The notes beneath the pieces were generated by a model. It was not told the origin of the DNA. It did not search any database and saw only the letters and a list, made by a program, of their open reading frames with translations. A program made the position numbers and the translations under genes. Below, one piece after another: positions 28,588 through 41,086 of a stretch of DNA of 47,525 nt. Within the stretch, counting starts at the first letter, position 1; every line of letters starts with the position of its first letter. Source of the stretch: Trichomonas gallinae (lineage: Eukaryota); NCBI GenBank assembly GCA_008369845.1, contig MRSU01003735.1, positions 1-47,525 of the forward strand, written 5' to 3'.

Positions 28588-30159
28588 ATGAGCGAACCTT
28601 TGCCTCCTGTGCCGACTGTTTTGCATCGAACGACGAAGGACGGGACCAAGGTGACGTATACAATCAAAGAGAAGATGGGTAGCGGCGGATTTGCGACTGT
28701 TTACTCAGGAGAAGAGATGCCCGGTCGATTACCCGTTGCTATTAAGTGTATTTCTCAAACTAGAGTAGCGGATCCTAAAGTCCGAAGGAAATTAATCAGC
28801 GAAGTCGATATTCACAAGTCTCTTCACCATCAAAATATCGTAGAATTTAAAGGAGTTTTTCAAGACGAGAACTATGTATATATTTTATTAGAGCTTTGCC
28901 CTAACGGGACTATCCTAGACATGCTGAAAAAGCAGAATCCATTTTCTGAAAAGCAAACTTCACAGATATGTTTCCAATTATTAAATGCGTTAGTTTATTT
29001 ACACGAGCACCGAGTAATTCATCGCGATCTTAAACTTCAAAATTTACTTCTCGACAAAAATAACCACATGAAACTTGCGGATTTTGGGTTAAGCGCCCAA
29101 TTGCAAAGCGACGACGAAAAGAAAATGACTATTTGCGGCACGCCGAGCTATTTGAGCCCAGAAGTTGTTGGTGGGGGCAAGAAAGGACACACTACGTCCG
29201 TTGATATATGGGCAACAGGAGTTTGCTCATTTTTAATGTTAACTGGAAAGCAGCCATTTCAGAGCTCAGATAAGAAAATAACATACAAAAAGATTTCGCA
29301 TGTTAACTATTCGTGGCCGGAAAAACCACACGTTTCAGAATTAGCAAAAGATTTTGTCGATCACGCTTTACAGAAGGATCCAGAAGCCAGACCAACGGCA
29401 AAGGAACTATTAACACATCCGTTTATTACAACTTACAACGCTGAATTCATTCAATCGCAAAATCTCGCATCAACTGTTACAAACTCGACATTAGATAGTT
29501 CTCGTAATTTATTAATGACATCTCGACCAGACAATTCTAGTAGTGCATCAGAAAACGAAGAAGTAAATGATAATCAAGAACCAGGACAACCACTTCGTCT
29601 TCCTTCATATTCTGTTCGAATTTGGTGGGATTATTCTCATCGTTACGGATTGGCATACATGCTACATAACCATATATGTGGTGCTTGCTTTAATGATTCA
29701 TCAAGAATTCTTTTATCACCAGATGGAACGTTTTGCCAGTATTGGGCAACACAACAGACACCGGTACCAGATATAGTCGATATGAGTACAATAGAAGGAT
29801 CACCTATTCGTAAGAAATTACTTTTAATTCAACATTTTGCTGTTGAACTGCGCCAAAGGGCAGGTGCAATGCACTATCCTCCAATAGAGATCACATCACA
29901 GACAATGACGATTCCGCACGTGAAATATTGGGCACGCACACGTGATGGAGTTTTATTCAGAATGGCTAATCGCGACATCCAAGCAAATTTCAGGGACCAC
30001 ACAAAGCTTGTCATCGAGAGCAACAGCAAAAACCTATTTTACGATACTGGAAGGGGCGTGCAGCAGTTGACCCTCGCCGATCTTGGAGATCGCGAGCGGT
30101 ATCACGAAGTACGCAAGCGTTTTGTTATTGTTAAGGAGATGGCCAAGGAACTTGTCTGA
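28588..30159 (+). CDS. PLK: Polo-like kinase
   Basis: GSGGFA, VAIK, HRDLKLQN, DFGL, TICGTPSYLSPE; polo boxes WWDYSHRYGLAY...GACFND and VKYWART...IQANFRDHTKL. Confidence 0.95.
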   Translation: MSEPLPPVPTVLHRTTKDGTKVTYTIKEKMGSGGFATVYSGEEMPGRLPVAIKCISQTRVADPKVRRKLISEVDIHKSLHHQNIVEFKGVFQDENYVYILLELCPNGTILDMLKKQNPFSEKQTSQICFQLLNALVYLHEHRVIHRDLKLQNLLLDKNNHMKLADFGLSAQLQSDDEKKMTICGTPSYLSPEVVGGGKKGHTTSVDIWATGVCSFLMLTGKQPFQSSDKKITYKKISHVNYSWPEKPHVSELAKDFVDHALQKDPEARPTAKELLTHPFITTYNAEFIQSQNLASTVTNSTLDSSRNLLMTSRPDNSSSASENEEVNDNQEPGQPLRLPSYSVRIWWDYSHRYGLAYMLHNHICGACFNDSSRILLSPDGTFCQYWATQQTPVPDIVDMSTIEGSPIRKKLLLIQHFAVELRQRAGAMHYPPIEITSQTMTIPHVKYWARTRDGVLFRMANRDIQANFRDHTKLVIESNSKNLFYDTGRGVQQLTLADLGDRERYHEVRKRFVIVKEMAKELV

Positions 30160-31886
30160 TTTCTATTTATTGTTGTTATTTTTTTTTTGTTAATTTCTAA
30201 ATTTATATTATGCTTAGATATCTGACACGTAAAATTGATTTTTGACAATCTGGCATGTAAAATATTTTAAATTTCTCAACGAAACAATCTAGAACTTTCT
30301 GAACATTATTCATTTAATGAGTTATAGAAATTTACATGATTTAATTATAGCCCAACACTCAACGATGATTCTTTTATAAACAACTTAATTATATATAACA
30401 AAAATCGATTTAATGGCCGGAAGTTCGTATACGCTATCAACAAACGTCTTATTTGAGGATTGATAATCATAAACATAGATACTCTGATATTGATTCATCC
30501 TTTGCATTTTATTCAATTTTTGCTTTTCTCAAGAAAGTTGAAAAATGCTTGTTTTTTCCTAAATCAGCTAAATTTTTGTTATGATTGGAATTGCAGGGTT
30601 ATCATAATTGAATTTATTTTCACTACTTCTTGAGAACTGATAATTAATTGATATTGATTGTACATGATTAATAGTGTAATCTTAAGTTAAAAAATACATA
30701 ATTCATTGTTGAAAATATGTTTATTTATTGAATTTCATTCATGATCAAATGAGATCTATTTTGGGTAAATGATCGACAACAAATGGATGCGAATATGTAT
30801 AAGTTTATATCGGATATTACGCGATATGAGTAAATAAAATAAGACTAATTTTTCATATGCAGATTGAGAATATTTCAATCTATATCCTCAATTAAATGCT
30901 TATTATATAAATGTATATTCCGTTGGATTGAGCGTATCACAAACTACATTTGTTTGATATTATTTTTGGAACCTTGTAAAGACCAATCCACTGTGTTTTT
31001 CTCCTAGATATCTTATGTCTATTCATATACAAAAACTGTTCTTGCATTCTATTTAAGATACAATATTGGGAATAAAAAAATCGATTATATCGATCAAGAC
31101 CTTAATAATATTATTTCAGAAGATTAGTATAGCCCATCCTAATGCATAAAAACGTTAATAAGCCAGAAATGCCTGGCGGCAATTTTCAAACCAAAGGTTT
31201 AAAAAGGATAGTTTCATGATTTATCATCTTACCTAGGTCATTAAATCAGTGAATAACGAGTGGCACTAAATTATTGAGTTTTTTTTGAATAAAAATTAAT
31301 TTTTCAACGATAGGATCAATATTCTCGTATATTTTGTTTATATGCACAAATTCAATCAGTTTATTCTTCATCAAATTTAGTTTATTTTCAGAACTTCTCA
31401 ATCCTTCATCTTGAAAAAAACAAGTGAAAAAGATAGTATTATAATAAGCAATAAACATGGACATAAAATCACGTTTTTTCAATTCTTTATAAATCTACTC
31501 GAATTGAATGTAAAATCTAATGAGATTGAATTCACTCTCAATCCTTTACTTTTCTAATCTGTAAATTCGCGACATACTAAAGCAAAAGAACAGATCCTGC
31601 TAGGAAAATGAATTTGAATTCCATAAATTGAATAAATAATGGTACTCAGAAAAATACATGAAATATTTTTCATAAAAATTAATTTATTTGTTATTATCAT
31701 CACATTTCCAATATCTTTTTTAATAGTTTCAAAAATATTCAATGCAGCTATATTCAAAAAAACAAATCTTCTGTATTTTTTTATCTATAAATATTAACCA
31801 TGAAATAAATTCATGTATTTTCCCATTTATTTCTCTTTTTACAATTTTTTGAATAAAACTGAAAATATTTTCATAATAATTTAACA

Positions 31887-32363
31887 ATGCAGCTCAAGTT
31901 CCTTGACGACCTGATGAAGACGAGGAAGATCCACCGCTACATGTGCCGCACGAAGCAGACGAAGCGTGATAGAAAGATAATCGATCAAAGAAGGAAACAA
32001 CATGGTTTGCAAGTCGATTTTGTTGATGCCTATTTGTCCAAACTTGCTGGGTGCCACATAAAGACGAGATGCATGCTTGAGGTCGCCCATTTAGTCTCTG
32101 GTATCTTGAATATTAAAGTCGATCGTCTTGCTAAGCGAAATCGAACAGCAATGCTCTGCTGGTTTGCTGAAAATTGGATCGTATTGCAGCCTTATTTGAA
32201 GAGTTCCTACTTCACTAGTGATATAAAATCTGATAATTCTTCTTCTTCGACGGAATCAAATTTCGAATTACTGACACCGGAAGAAGTAATTATCAGACAC
32301 AATGAAAACTCATGTTTTGCTATTGACCCATCAGATATCACACAACTCCTTAATTATCATTGA
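31887..32363 (+). CDS. Trichomonad-type small helical protein (DRxAKR...LCWFxENW family), possibly DNA-binding
   Basis: Motif KVDRLAKRNRTAMLCWFAENW, basic N terminus, long AT-rich flanks. Confidence 0.75.
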   Translation: MQLKFLDDLMKTRKIHRYMCRTKQTKRDRKIIDQRRKQHGLQVDFVDAYLSKLAGCHIKTRCMLEVAHLVSGILNIKVDRLAKRNRTAMLCWFAENWIVLQPYLKSSYFTSDIKSDNSSSSTESNFELLTPEEVIIRHNENSCFAIDPSDITQLLNYH

Positions 32364-33888
32364 TTTTTCTAATCAATGAAAAACAGCTCAATTTACGTTG
32401 GAAATAATATGAGTATATTCATTTATTTGTTTAGTATTAATTCAAAACGTTGTTTGATCTAAAGATATCAAAGAAATGAAAAATCGTAATATTTTTCTAC
32501 GGATTTGGTTCTATCGAATTCTTAATTATTTATATTGATTATAATCATCATGAAGATATAATATGCAATATGCTCTTATTCCAATACGCATTTTAAATTA
32601 ATTTTAATAAAAAATCATTTTTGAAATTCGACAATTGGCATAATTAAAATTATTCGAATACTGAATTGTATTTTGTAGATTTTGTTACTTTTGTGGATTT
32701 ATCTTGAATTAATAAATGAATATTGATAATAATTCATTGGATTATCCTAATGGATTAGATGATTTGCAGTGATTTCTTCTACTTTTGGGTTCTTTAATTA
32801 AATAATTATTTTGTCATTTAATAAAATCCATAATTATGCATTTATCATTAGATATATAATAAGGAACTGAGGAATACATGGAGATTCCAAGCTGTAACAC
32901 ATAAAAACAATATTTAATTCTGCGAAGCGAAATTACTCGTGAAGTACAAAGAGTTTTTGAGAAAATATTTCAATTATTCAATTATATTACGCCCATATGA
33001 GGTTATTATTCCTATTTTCACATTCTAACACACATTTATTTCATTGAAAAATAAAATCAATGGATTGAATATTGAAAGACTATTGAATATTTAGCTAGAG
33101 TAACTCCCTAAGAATTGGTATCACTACTGGCATACAAAATTTTGTCTGTTTTTACAATATGTATTGAAAAAACTACAAAATAACGTATGTAGTGGTTTAA
33201 TTTTTTCACAGATCGCATGAATCTATTTAGTTATAGTAATAGAATTGGAATATTACATTTTCTCCGTGAGAAACTCATTGTATAATGTCAAAACAACAGA
33301 TCATACTAAAATACTACTAAAAAGCAGATTATTATGGTAAATCTGAATAATATAATGCATAAAGAGCAGGAAAAACATGTTTCGATAGCAGTTGCTTGAG
33401 AGATTTTCCAATTGAAAATTAAACCTCAATAAAGCATGAATTCATATCGTGAAATGCATATAGACATAGATTCCTAGCCCAAATTATCCGACTAAACATA
33501 TGATTACGTTGACCGACAAAATTTGATAATTTTTTATCCCCTGCTCTTTGATTGACATCAATTTCAAATGATTGTATATATCGTATTTGTTATAATGTTA
33601 TAAGTAAACAAGTCAATAAGAAAATAATTTTGATTTGCAAAAAATCAGTCAAAATTCTTTAAAAAGCAATTGTACAATAAGCAGAACTAGATGTGATAAA
33701 ATATTCCAGCTGCGAATTTTATCAATATAAACAACCATAAAATATATTAACAATTATTTAATATTTGATCCAATCACATCCACAGAAGTAATTAACTCAG
33801 TCATATAAGATTTATTATCTATAGAAATCCTGATAATATATGAGTAATAAAAAAAATTAAATTTCGAACAAACAAAAAACAAAACATT

Positions 33889-35052
33889 TTATAATTCAAA
33901 CACAGGCCATGGCTGTCGTATATTTGGAGCAGTGATTGCATATGCAACAAAGCCAATAGACGCTAAAACAATAATCAAACATTGAAAAAGAAATTGTTGG
34001 TCACATATTTCATAGAATTCGGGATAATATCTCGAGGGTTGAACGTTTGGGCTGTCTTTAAACAGTCTATTAATTATTGAAATCTTTTTATATTTTGGAG
34101 CTGGAGTTTCTATTTTTTTGGCGCTTAAAACATCAAGCGATGATGTTGGTAGCTTCTCTCCTACAGAAGTATAAAACTCAGATGCTTCATTTATCCATAG
34201 AAGAGAAATTGTATTTGTTTTGTCGGTCCATGGGGTATTTGTCTCTGGAATGCGAATTGAAACAACTTGTGGATCCATATAACGGTTAATTTTATGCGTG
34301 CAGAATATATAGTGACCAGGATACTCGTAATTCCACCACCACTGCAAAGTGGTGATGTTTCCTTTAAAGTATCGGATTACCAATCCTGTATCATATGGTC
34401 CGTATGCTGTATTTAATGATTTCGTTAAATTTACGCGAACTGATGTATATGTGCATCCAAAATTAACGATTTTTTCAAATACTTCCATCGATGGCTCAAT
34501 AAGCATAAAGTCTGTATTCTGTGTTGGTCCCAAATCAGCGATTATCCATGTTTGAAATTCTGGTGCCGCTGCAGGAGGTTTGAATTCGAATATCTTTGAT
34601 GGATTCTTTCTGAATATTGTATATCCACCAATGTGGAGTAACTTAGAGTAATTTAATGTCCAAATATTTAGCATAAAATAAAACTGTTTGTCAACTGTGT
34701 GTTTTTCTGGTCCTTTACATGGCCAATTGATAAATGGACGATATATAATATGTGTGTATACGTTTTTGAGCATTTTTATCTCATGGTCAGATATTCGAAT
34801 TCCAATAGGAAGGATCATGACTCGATCTATGCTTGAATTGTATTTCTTCAGCTGGTATCCTATAACTTGCGCATTGACCATTTTGTGATGCGACAAATCG
34901 TCGGCACAAAATACATGAACAAAAGCGTATTTTGAGCGCGGAGGCGGATCGTTATCTGTTGTGACATTTCCTCGGCCTGATGCTTCTTCAAAAGTGTAGA
35001 ATTTGTAGTCCAATACTTTTGAATAACTGAAAGAAAAAAAGAAAGAAAGCAA
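33889..35052 (-). CDS. Degenerate glycosyltransferase family 8 protein with signal peptide and C-terminal TM; TTG start
   Basis: KYAFV...AQVIGYQLKK...IDRVMIL, LNIWTL.YSKLL, NTDFMLIEPS.E.F and GPYDTG are GT8-like; the DxD position reads GGY. Confidence 0.7.
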   Translation of the reverse strand: MLSFFFSFSYSKVLDYKFYTFEEASGRGNVTTDNDPPPRSKYAFVHVFCADDLSHHKMVNAQVIGYQLKKYNSSIDRVMILPIGIRISDHEIKMLKNVYTHIIYRPFINWPCKGPEKHTVDKQFYFMLNIWTLNYSKLLHIGGYTIFRKNPSKIFEFKPPAAAPEFQTWIIADLGPTQNTDFMLIEPSMEVFEKIVNFGCTYTSVRVNLTKSLNTAYGPYDTGLVIRYFKGNITTLQWWWNYEYPGHYIFCTHKINRYMDPQVVSIRIPETNTPWTDKTNTISLLWINEASEFYTSVGEKLPTSSLDVLSAKKIETPAPKYKKISIINRLFKDSPNVQPSRYYPEFYEICDQQFLFQCLIIVLASIGFVAYAITAPNIRQPWPVFEL

Positions 35053-35429
35053 AACTTTGGAAATATGTCAAATTTTCAACAAAAATTTTATTTTACATGT
35101 CAAATGACATATTGGCTCCCGGTTGCCATGGAGCGGCTTATTCAGCTTTGAGATTTATCCTTTTTGTTTCATTTCATCATATTAACAACATGGACGACTA
35201 TTTGTTATAAAACATCTATTATGATAAATTTAAATCCTATTATATAGCAACAAAACAGATCAGAAAAAACTCCTTTTTTTTTTCATCATCAATTTATTTT
35301 TGCCATGAATACATTTACACGACAAATCAATTAAATTTGAAAACTTTATTTGGCAGTTTTGATTTAAATTTTTGTAATGTATTTACATGTCATATTTCCT
35401 AATTTTGAAAACTTTATTTGGCAATAATT

Positions 35430-37490
35430 ATGAAAGAAAAAGGAGTTTATTCTGATCTGATTAGATCGAGTTTTGAAAATGTATTAATGGAGTTATCTGA
35501 CAAAAATTCATTAAATCTACAAGAAAGACCACAAGCTCATAATAAAGAAATACAAAATGATTTTCGAAAAAAATATCTATGGACACCAGGTAAAAAATGG
35601 ACTGATGAAGAATTGAAAAGCATGGTCAAAGTAGTATACAAGCAAGAGCCACTTGAAACAATAAAAGAAAAAGCAAATACAAATAACTCTCAAATTTCAA
35701 CAGAAATTATTAGCAAAGATGATGAAAAGAACGTAAAATTTGGAATATTATCTTTAGATTCAAATGATACAGATGTAGATGACGTGTCTATCGATGAATT
35801 TATTGAAGATTCAAATATTAATCTTTTAATAGAACTACAAAACAATCTCATTAACTTAACAAATGATAAGCTTGATGAAATGATTTTCTTTTTGACTAGC
35901 AACCATTTCTTCTCATCATATCAAAATTTCCAAAAATTAATAAAAGAAATAATTTCGATTATTCCAATTAGGATCAAAAATACGCAGACTTACATCCATC
36001 TTATTGTAACGATTATATCAAAAATATGTATTATAGATATCTCTCTATCAAACGGTTTAGTTGACAACCCAATACACAAACAAATAGATGCGATTTTACT
36101 CGAAATTTTAACTCGGCCACTATACTCAGATGATTTTGATTTTCTCATGAATATTCCTTCACTTTATCTGCTGAAACAGTTGTATAATGATAAAGTGTAT
36201 ACATCTAAACAGATAGCAAATGCATTTCAAGATATAATCAATCAATTTCCAGTGAAAACGAATTTTCAAAATTTATTTTTCTTTTATTTCACTAATGCAA
36301 TTGAAGAAAGCTTGCCAGACTTAGCACAGAGAATAGCAACGCGTATAGAAGCATCCAGCTGGTACTCATCAACGATATTTGAAAACATTTTGACAGATAT
36401 CTTCAGTTTTAAACAAAATAATTGGGATTTGTTGGATAATTTAACAAAAAATGGTTTTATTAAATCTTCAATTGAAGAAATAATATATAATGATGATATA
36501 GAAAAGCTTAAAATGTTGAATTCAAATGAAATAAGACAAAATGCGAAATTAGCTTTTTCCCCTACATATTCATCTCTTTTCTTATCGAGAATGAATACAA
36601 CAGAATTTGCAGCTTTATGTGGCTCAGAGAAATGTTTTGATTATATTGCAAAAGATGATGACAACCTCAAAGAATATGCAATTTGTTCAGGAAATGAAGA
36701 AATGATTAAAAAATGCAAAGATATAATCAAAAAGGATTTATTCAAAACATTCCAAAAAGATTTTGATGGAGTTAAAACTGATATCAAGGCTTCTATAGCA
36801 TTTAAAAGGACTTCAATTTTTGATACACTATTTGACAAAAACAATGCAAATGAAATACTTTGTTTTTGCTGCTTTTATAATTTTTCACATGGAGTTTATA
36901 AATGTTTAGAAAATGGAGCAAATATTAACTACAGGTCACCAACACTTAACTTACAGTCTCCAATTCATTTTTTATGTCACAATGGAAATACAAGCTTATT
37001 ATCGTTCATATTAAGCATTCCTTCATTAAAAGTCGATGCTACTGATAATAAAGGAAACACTGCTCTTCATATTGCTGCAAAAAAGAACCATTCACAAATT
37101 GTTTCTATTCTTCTTAAATCAGGTTTAAATCCTAACATTAAAAACAGTGCAGGACAAACAGCACTGCATGAAGCTGCAAAAGAAGGATGCATTGATGTTG
37201 TTAGAAAGCTCATTAATTTCCAAGGAGTTGACATAAACATTAAAGATAACAATGGCAATTCCCCGATTTCTCTTGCAAGACTTAACTGCCAGAAAGTTGT
37301 ACACAGTTATATGTTGGCACAACAATCAATAGAAACAGACCTTTCTGAAAGGAAGATTTTCATCCACAAGAAGGTTAATAGTATTCCGGATGATTTATCT
37401 AAGAGTGACATATCAACTGATGACTTAAGCCAAGATTTTTCCATCGAAAATTTTCTAATTTCAGATATCTCATCAGAATCCTTATTATGA
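35430..37490 (+). CDS. Ankyrin-repeat protein (DUF3447-like region plus 4 ANK)
   Basis: FAALCGSEKCFDY; ankyrins SPIHFLC, GNTALHIAA, GQTALHEAA and GNSPISLA. Confidence 0.9.
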   Translation: MKEKGVYSDLIRSSFENVLMELSDKNSLNLQERPQAHNKEIQNDFRKKYLWTPGKKWTDEELKSMVKVVYKQEPLETIKEKANTNNSQISTEIISKDDEKNVKFGILSLDSNDTDVDDVSIDEFIEDSNINLLIELQNNLINLTNDKLDEMIFFLTSNHFFSSYQNFQKLIKEIISIIPIRIKNTQTYIHLIVTIISKICIIDISLSNGLVDNPIHKQIDAILLEILTRPLYSDDFDFLMNIPSLYLLKQLYNDKVYTSKQIANAFQDIINQFPVKTNFQNLFFFYFTNAIEESLPDLAQRIATRIEASSWYSSTIFENILTDIFSFKQNNWDLLDNLTKNGFIKSSIEEIIYNDDIEKLKMLNSNEIRQNAKLAFSPTYSSLFLSRMNTTEFAALCGSEKCFDYIAKDDDNLKEYAICSGNEEMIKKCKDIIKKDLFKTFQKDFDGVKTDIKASIAFKRTSIFDTLFDKNNANEILCFCCFYNFSHGVYKCLENGANINYRSPTLNLQSPIHFLCHNGNTSLLSFILSIPSLKVDATDNKGNTALHIAAKKNHSQIVSILLKSGLNPNIKNSAGQTALHEAAKEGCIDVVRKLINFQGVDINIKDNNGNSPISLARLNCQKVVHSYMLAQQSIETDLSERKIFIHKKVNSIPDDLSKSDISTDDLSQDFSIENFLISDISSESLL

Positions 37491-37999
37491 ATAGTTCAGA
37501 TATAATCAATAGAAATGAGGAAAGAATTTGCTCTTGTGAAAACAAAAAATCATCATAAATTGAGCTTTAGTTCAGTTATATGGAGTTTTTCATTTCACTA
37601 TTAAGGAAGCATCCTTCTCTTGTATACGTGATGTTGGCATCTGCTCCATAACGGTTTGAAACTTTATATGTATAATATAAATTGTCTCCACTATATATAG
37701 TTACAAAATCTGTCTCATAGCACCAGACATAAATCACTCAATGCAAAATTTTTGATGTTGATGGAATTGTTGCAAAATTTTATTGTTTAATCTATGATCG
37801 TATTCTCTGATTATTTAATTATAGATTTTCAAGTTTAGATAATTTTGCAGACCAAATATTGAAAAAATATATTGAAATTGATGATATTATTAACTAATGA
37901 AATATATATTTATTAAATACTGTCATGTAAACATTGTACATAGAAATTTCAGGAGCATTTCAGATAATTGTCTTAAAATCGAAATTAAAATTTCGATTC

Positions 38000-39166
38000 T
38001 TATTTTGAAGGGACTTTTGATTTCATATAAGTTTGTTCTGATACGAATGTGAATACTGCAGAAAGGACAACACACAATGAGATGAAGAAAGCGTTCCAGC
38101 TTGTAACCATTTCTTTCTCCTTTGTCTTTAAGTTTTCGTTTGTCATGATTAGGTGGAATGAGTTGACATATGAGCATCCACCGAAAAGTCCAACGCAAAT
38201 CATGAAAATAATCATTGCATAAATCGGCATCCAGTAAAAGAAAGGCTGTGTGGCCCAAATAGCAAAGAATATGGCCTGGAAAAGCGTGAGAGTGCCAACC
38301 CAAGGGAATTTGAACAATGCTAAAGATGATCTCGAAATGAATACGCCAATTTGGTACATGAGGTTGAGCAATGCATAGAGGTAGTTCTTTGTCTCCTTCT
38401 TAGGGTTCTGCGCGCAATGAACGAAAAGACTTTGAATAACATATTCCAAAAAGTAGACGGAACCGCAGTTAAATATGAACCACCAGACTGGTTTTATTAT
38501 TGAGCAGTTAAAGCAGCTGACAGGTTTCTCTTCTTCCATTGAAGATTCCTTGGAACTTTCAGAAAGAAGAGAAGCACCCATTGTTCCTGTTTCTTCAGGC
38601 GATCGCTTGATGACACAGAAGAAGCTGCACATGTAGACAAAAACTATTGGTGTTACTGCAATGAATGACCACATATAATTAAATTTGAATAAAGCGCACG
38701 CTAATGAATAGCTAGCACCAAGTATTCCTGCCATTCCAGTACCAGAGCTCCATGCTGTAAGCAAATTTTGTTTCTTTTTAACGGTCATGTAGCAGAGCAA
38801 AACAGCTTCTCCGAAAGAAGACGTGAAACCAAAGAGAAAGACACAGGCAAGTGTGAGCCAGAAATTCTTAGAGAAAGCAGTACCAAGGAGGCTTGCAAGC
38901 ATTGCTGTTGAGTTGATTCCGAAATTAATTTCATATGGGACACTCAAAGAAGCAAGCCATGTATTGATGAAACGTGCAAAAAGGCCACTAAATGTGTTTG
39001 CAGCAAGAGATAAACCTAAATAAGTTGGATTATTATATTTTGCAACGATTCTATTCGCGCTGGCAATTCCTATGACATATGGGAGGTTGTTGATGGCTCC
39101 AAGAAGGAACATAGCGACTTTGTCGATCGGGCGGACGTTCAGGCCGTAAGTTTTCTCTTGACTCAT
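38000..39166 (-). CDS. CLN3: CLN3/battenin (Btn1) family transporter
   Basis: FLLGAINNLPYVI, SSFGEA, AWSSGTGMAG, VYFLEYVI, YQIGVFISRSS and GLFGGCSYVN. Confidence 0.93.
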   Translation of the reverse strand: MSQEKTYGLNVRPIDKVAMFLLGAINNLPYVIGIASANRIVAKYNNPTYLGLSLAANTFSGLFARFINTWLASLSVPYEINFGINSTAMLASLLGTAFSKNFWLTLACVFLFGFTSSFGEAVLLCYMTVKKKQNLLTAWSSGTGMAGILGASYSLACALFKFNYMWSFIAVTPIVFVYMCSFFCVIKRSPEETGTMGASLLSESSKESSMEEEKPVSCFNCSIIKPVWWFIFNCGSVYFLEYVIQSLFVHCAQNPKKETKNYLYALLNLMYQIGVFISRSSLALFKFPWVGTLTLFQAIFFAIWATQPFFYWMPIYAMIIFMICVGLFGGCSYVNSFHLIMTNENLKTKEKEMVTSWNAFFISLCVVLSAVFTFVSEQTYMKSKVPSK

Positions 39167-39690
39167 TTTTTTGAATGGTTGAATACTCTCTCAATTTGGA
39201 CCCATCATCGCGACTAATGACATAGAGTGATATTTCATGATTTGCCGATGAAAAAAGTGACTTCAATCATGTGTCACGTTTTATTATCAAAAGTCGTCAC
39301 TTTTATAATACGTTTTTGTTGACACTATAATTATTTTACTTTGTTTAACAAAATTATATAAATCTTATTTTTTATTTACATGTCAAATATTACCCAAATT
39401 TGATAAAAAAATCACATCAAAATTGAGAAATTGACTTCATGCATCGGATATATTAATAAGGATGTTGCAAAATAGGATTGGATACCACGAGTTTTTAAAA
39501 TGATGGGAGAGTTAAAGGGCGACACCCTTAAATCACATTTCAAGGCTCTAAATTTTTACCGAAAAAACTCGAATCTTTAACTCGTTGTTGGAGTGAAGAA
39601 CTATCAAGTATTATTATATTTTAAACTTATTATGTTATATATTAATTAGTGTACTATGAGAATGTTGTTTTTGTAAAAAAACAATATTTA

Positions 39691-40719
39691 TTAAAACCAA
39701 GAGAGAAAAAAATCAAATTTTAGATAAATCGAATTATCTATAAAATCGGTTTTTTCTATATGTTGGATTATTGTGTATTTCAGATGCCTCTCTGCAAAAC
39801 ATTCATTAGTCATGAAATATGGTAGCAAATGTATATAACGAGATTTCACGGTGTTTATGTAAATTGGGAAGTTACTGTCTGGCAGCGAATCTGTAAAGCA
39901 TCCTATTACTGTTCATTTACCTTCATACACGCCAAACTTATACTTTGCTGTATTTCCATGAAAAGTGCAATTAAAAATCGTAGTTTCTAAATCATTTAAG
40001 TCTAACACAAGATCATTTGATCCTGAATTTTCATGAAAGTTTGAAGTTCTTAAATGAAAAGGAGTGATAATATCATTGAAGCAAAAGTAACAGACATATA
40101 AAATGTATTGTAATCATATTGAGCGTTCCTGGCTAATGTTGAGTATGATATTTCTGACTCAATTGATATCTCCATTATATGAAATATACAATGCTGGCGA
40201 ATCTTTGAGTCAGAAACATTTATCGATGAAAATTTCACATTTCCGTGTATATCAATGGTACAATAACCTTCGTTAAGTTTGCCTCTCGAAATAGATACCG
40301 ACGAATCATAAAGTTTGATTACATTATTATAAGTTATTAAATAGCAGAAGACGCCAGATTCACTCTGAGAGACTTTTGATTTATAGCTGCACACTCTCTT
40401 TTGTGCGTATTTTCCATCAGTAGAAAACATTATTGCCCCTCCATTTTTCGTACTAGAACACTTTGAAAACATCGTATCTTCAATCAACAACATTGTTGAT
40501 TTACTATTTTGTTTAAAATAAACAGATGTTTCGGTTTAATCAATTAAACAATTAAACAAAGTTTTAAATAATAATTTTCTTTTTTCTTTTGTACAACAGG
40601 ATCTGTGGCTTTCCATACAATATTTGCAGCCTTGGATCCATTACAAAAGTCTTCCCATTCTTTTTTGAGTGTGTGTGGCACTCAATTTCATTCATTATCA
40701 GAATCAAAAATACATTCAA
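39691..40719 (-). pseudogene. Frameshifted pseudogene of a trichomonad secreted beta-helix-like family
   Basis: Fragments in different frames: LNVFLILIMNEIEC, KEWEDFCNG...NYYLKLCLIV*, MLLIEDTMFSKCSSTKNGGAIMF...QKRVCSY (40493-40050), and TTIFNCTFHGNTAKYKFGVYEGK*TVIGCFTD...FFLSWF*. Confidence 0.65.
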
Positions 40720-41086
40720 ATCAGAAATTAAATATGATATTGATACATCAATATTCATTCTATTATTCATTTATTTTCAATCATCACATATTTGCAACAT
40801 ACACAAAACTTATGCAACGCTGAAAGAACTCAAAATAATATGAAATTACATCTAAGAAATCGAATTGGCAAGAATTTGGTAAGTGTGAGAAAAACTTACG
40901 GAAAAGATGCAATTGTCGATATTTGAAAGATGACTAAAACACTCACAGAAAGTTTTCATACATGTATTTTTATATAATGGCTATTAAAGTAAAAAGCAAA
41001 AATATTTTTTTTCTCATAAACATAATTTTTACCAAATTAATACTTTACAATGCCAGAAATAAGTTTTTCTACAATTTTTGCAGCTT

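Noticed and set aside
31246..31757. Short minus-strand ORFs in the long intergenic region
   Set aside because: AT-rich and I/F/K/N-biased with no domain signal; consistent with chance.
39512..39532. TTAAAGGGCGACACCCTTAA mini inverted repeat as a transposon footprint
   Set aside because: Too short and imperfect, with no match to the terminal TIR beyond GGG.
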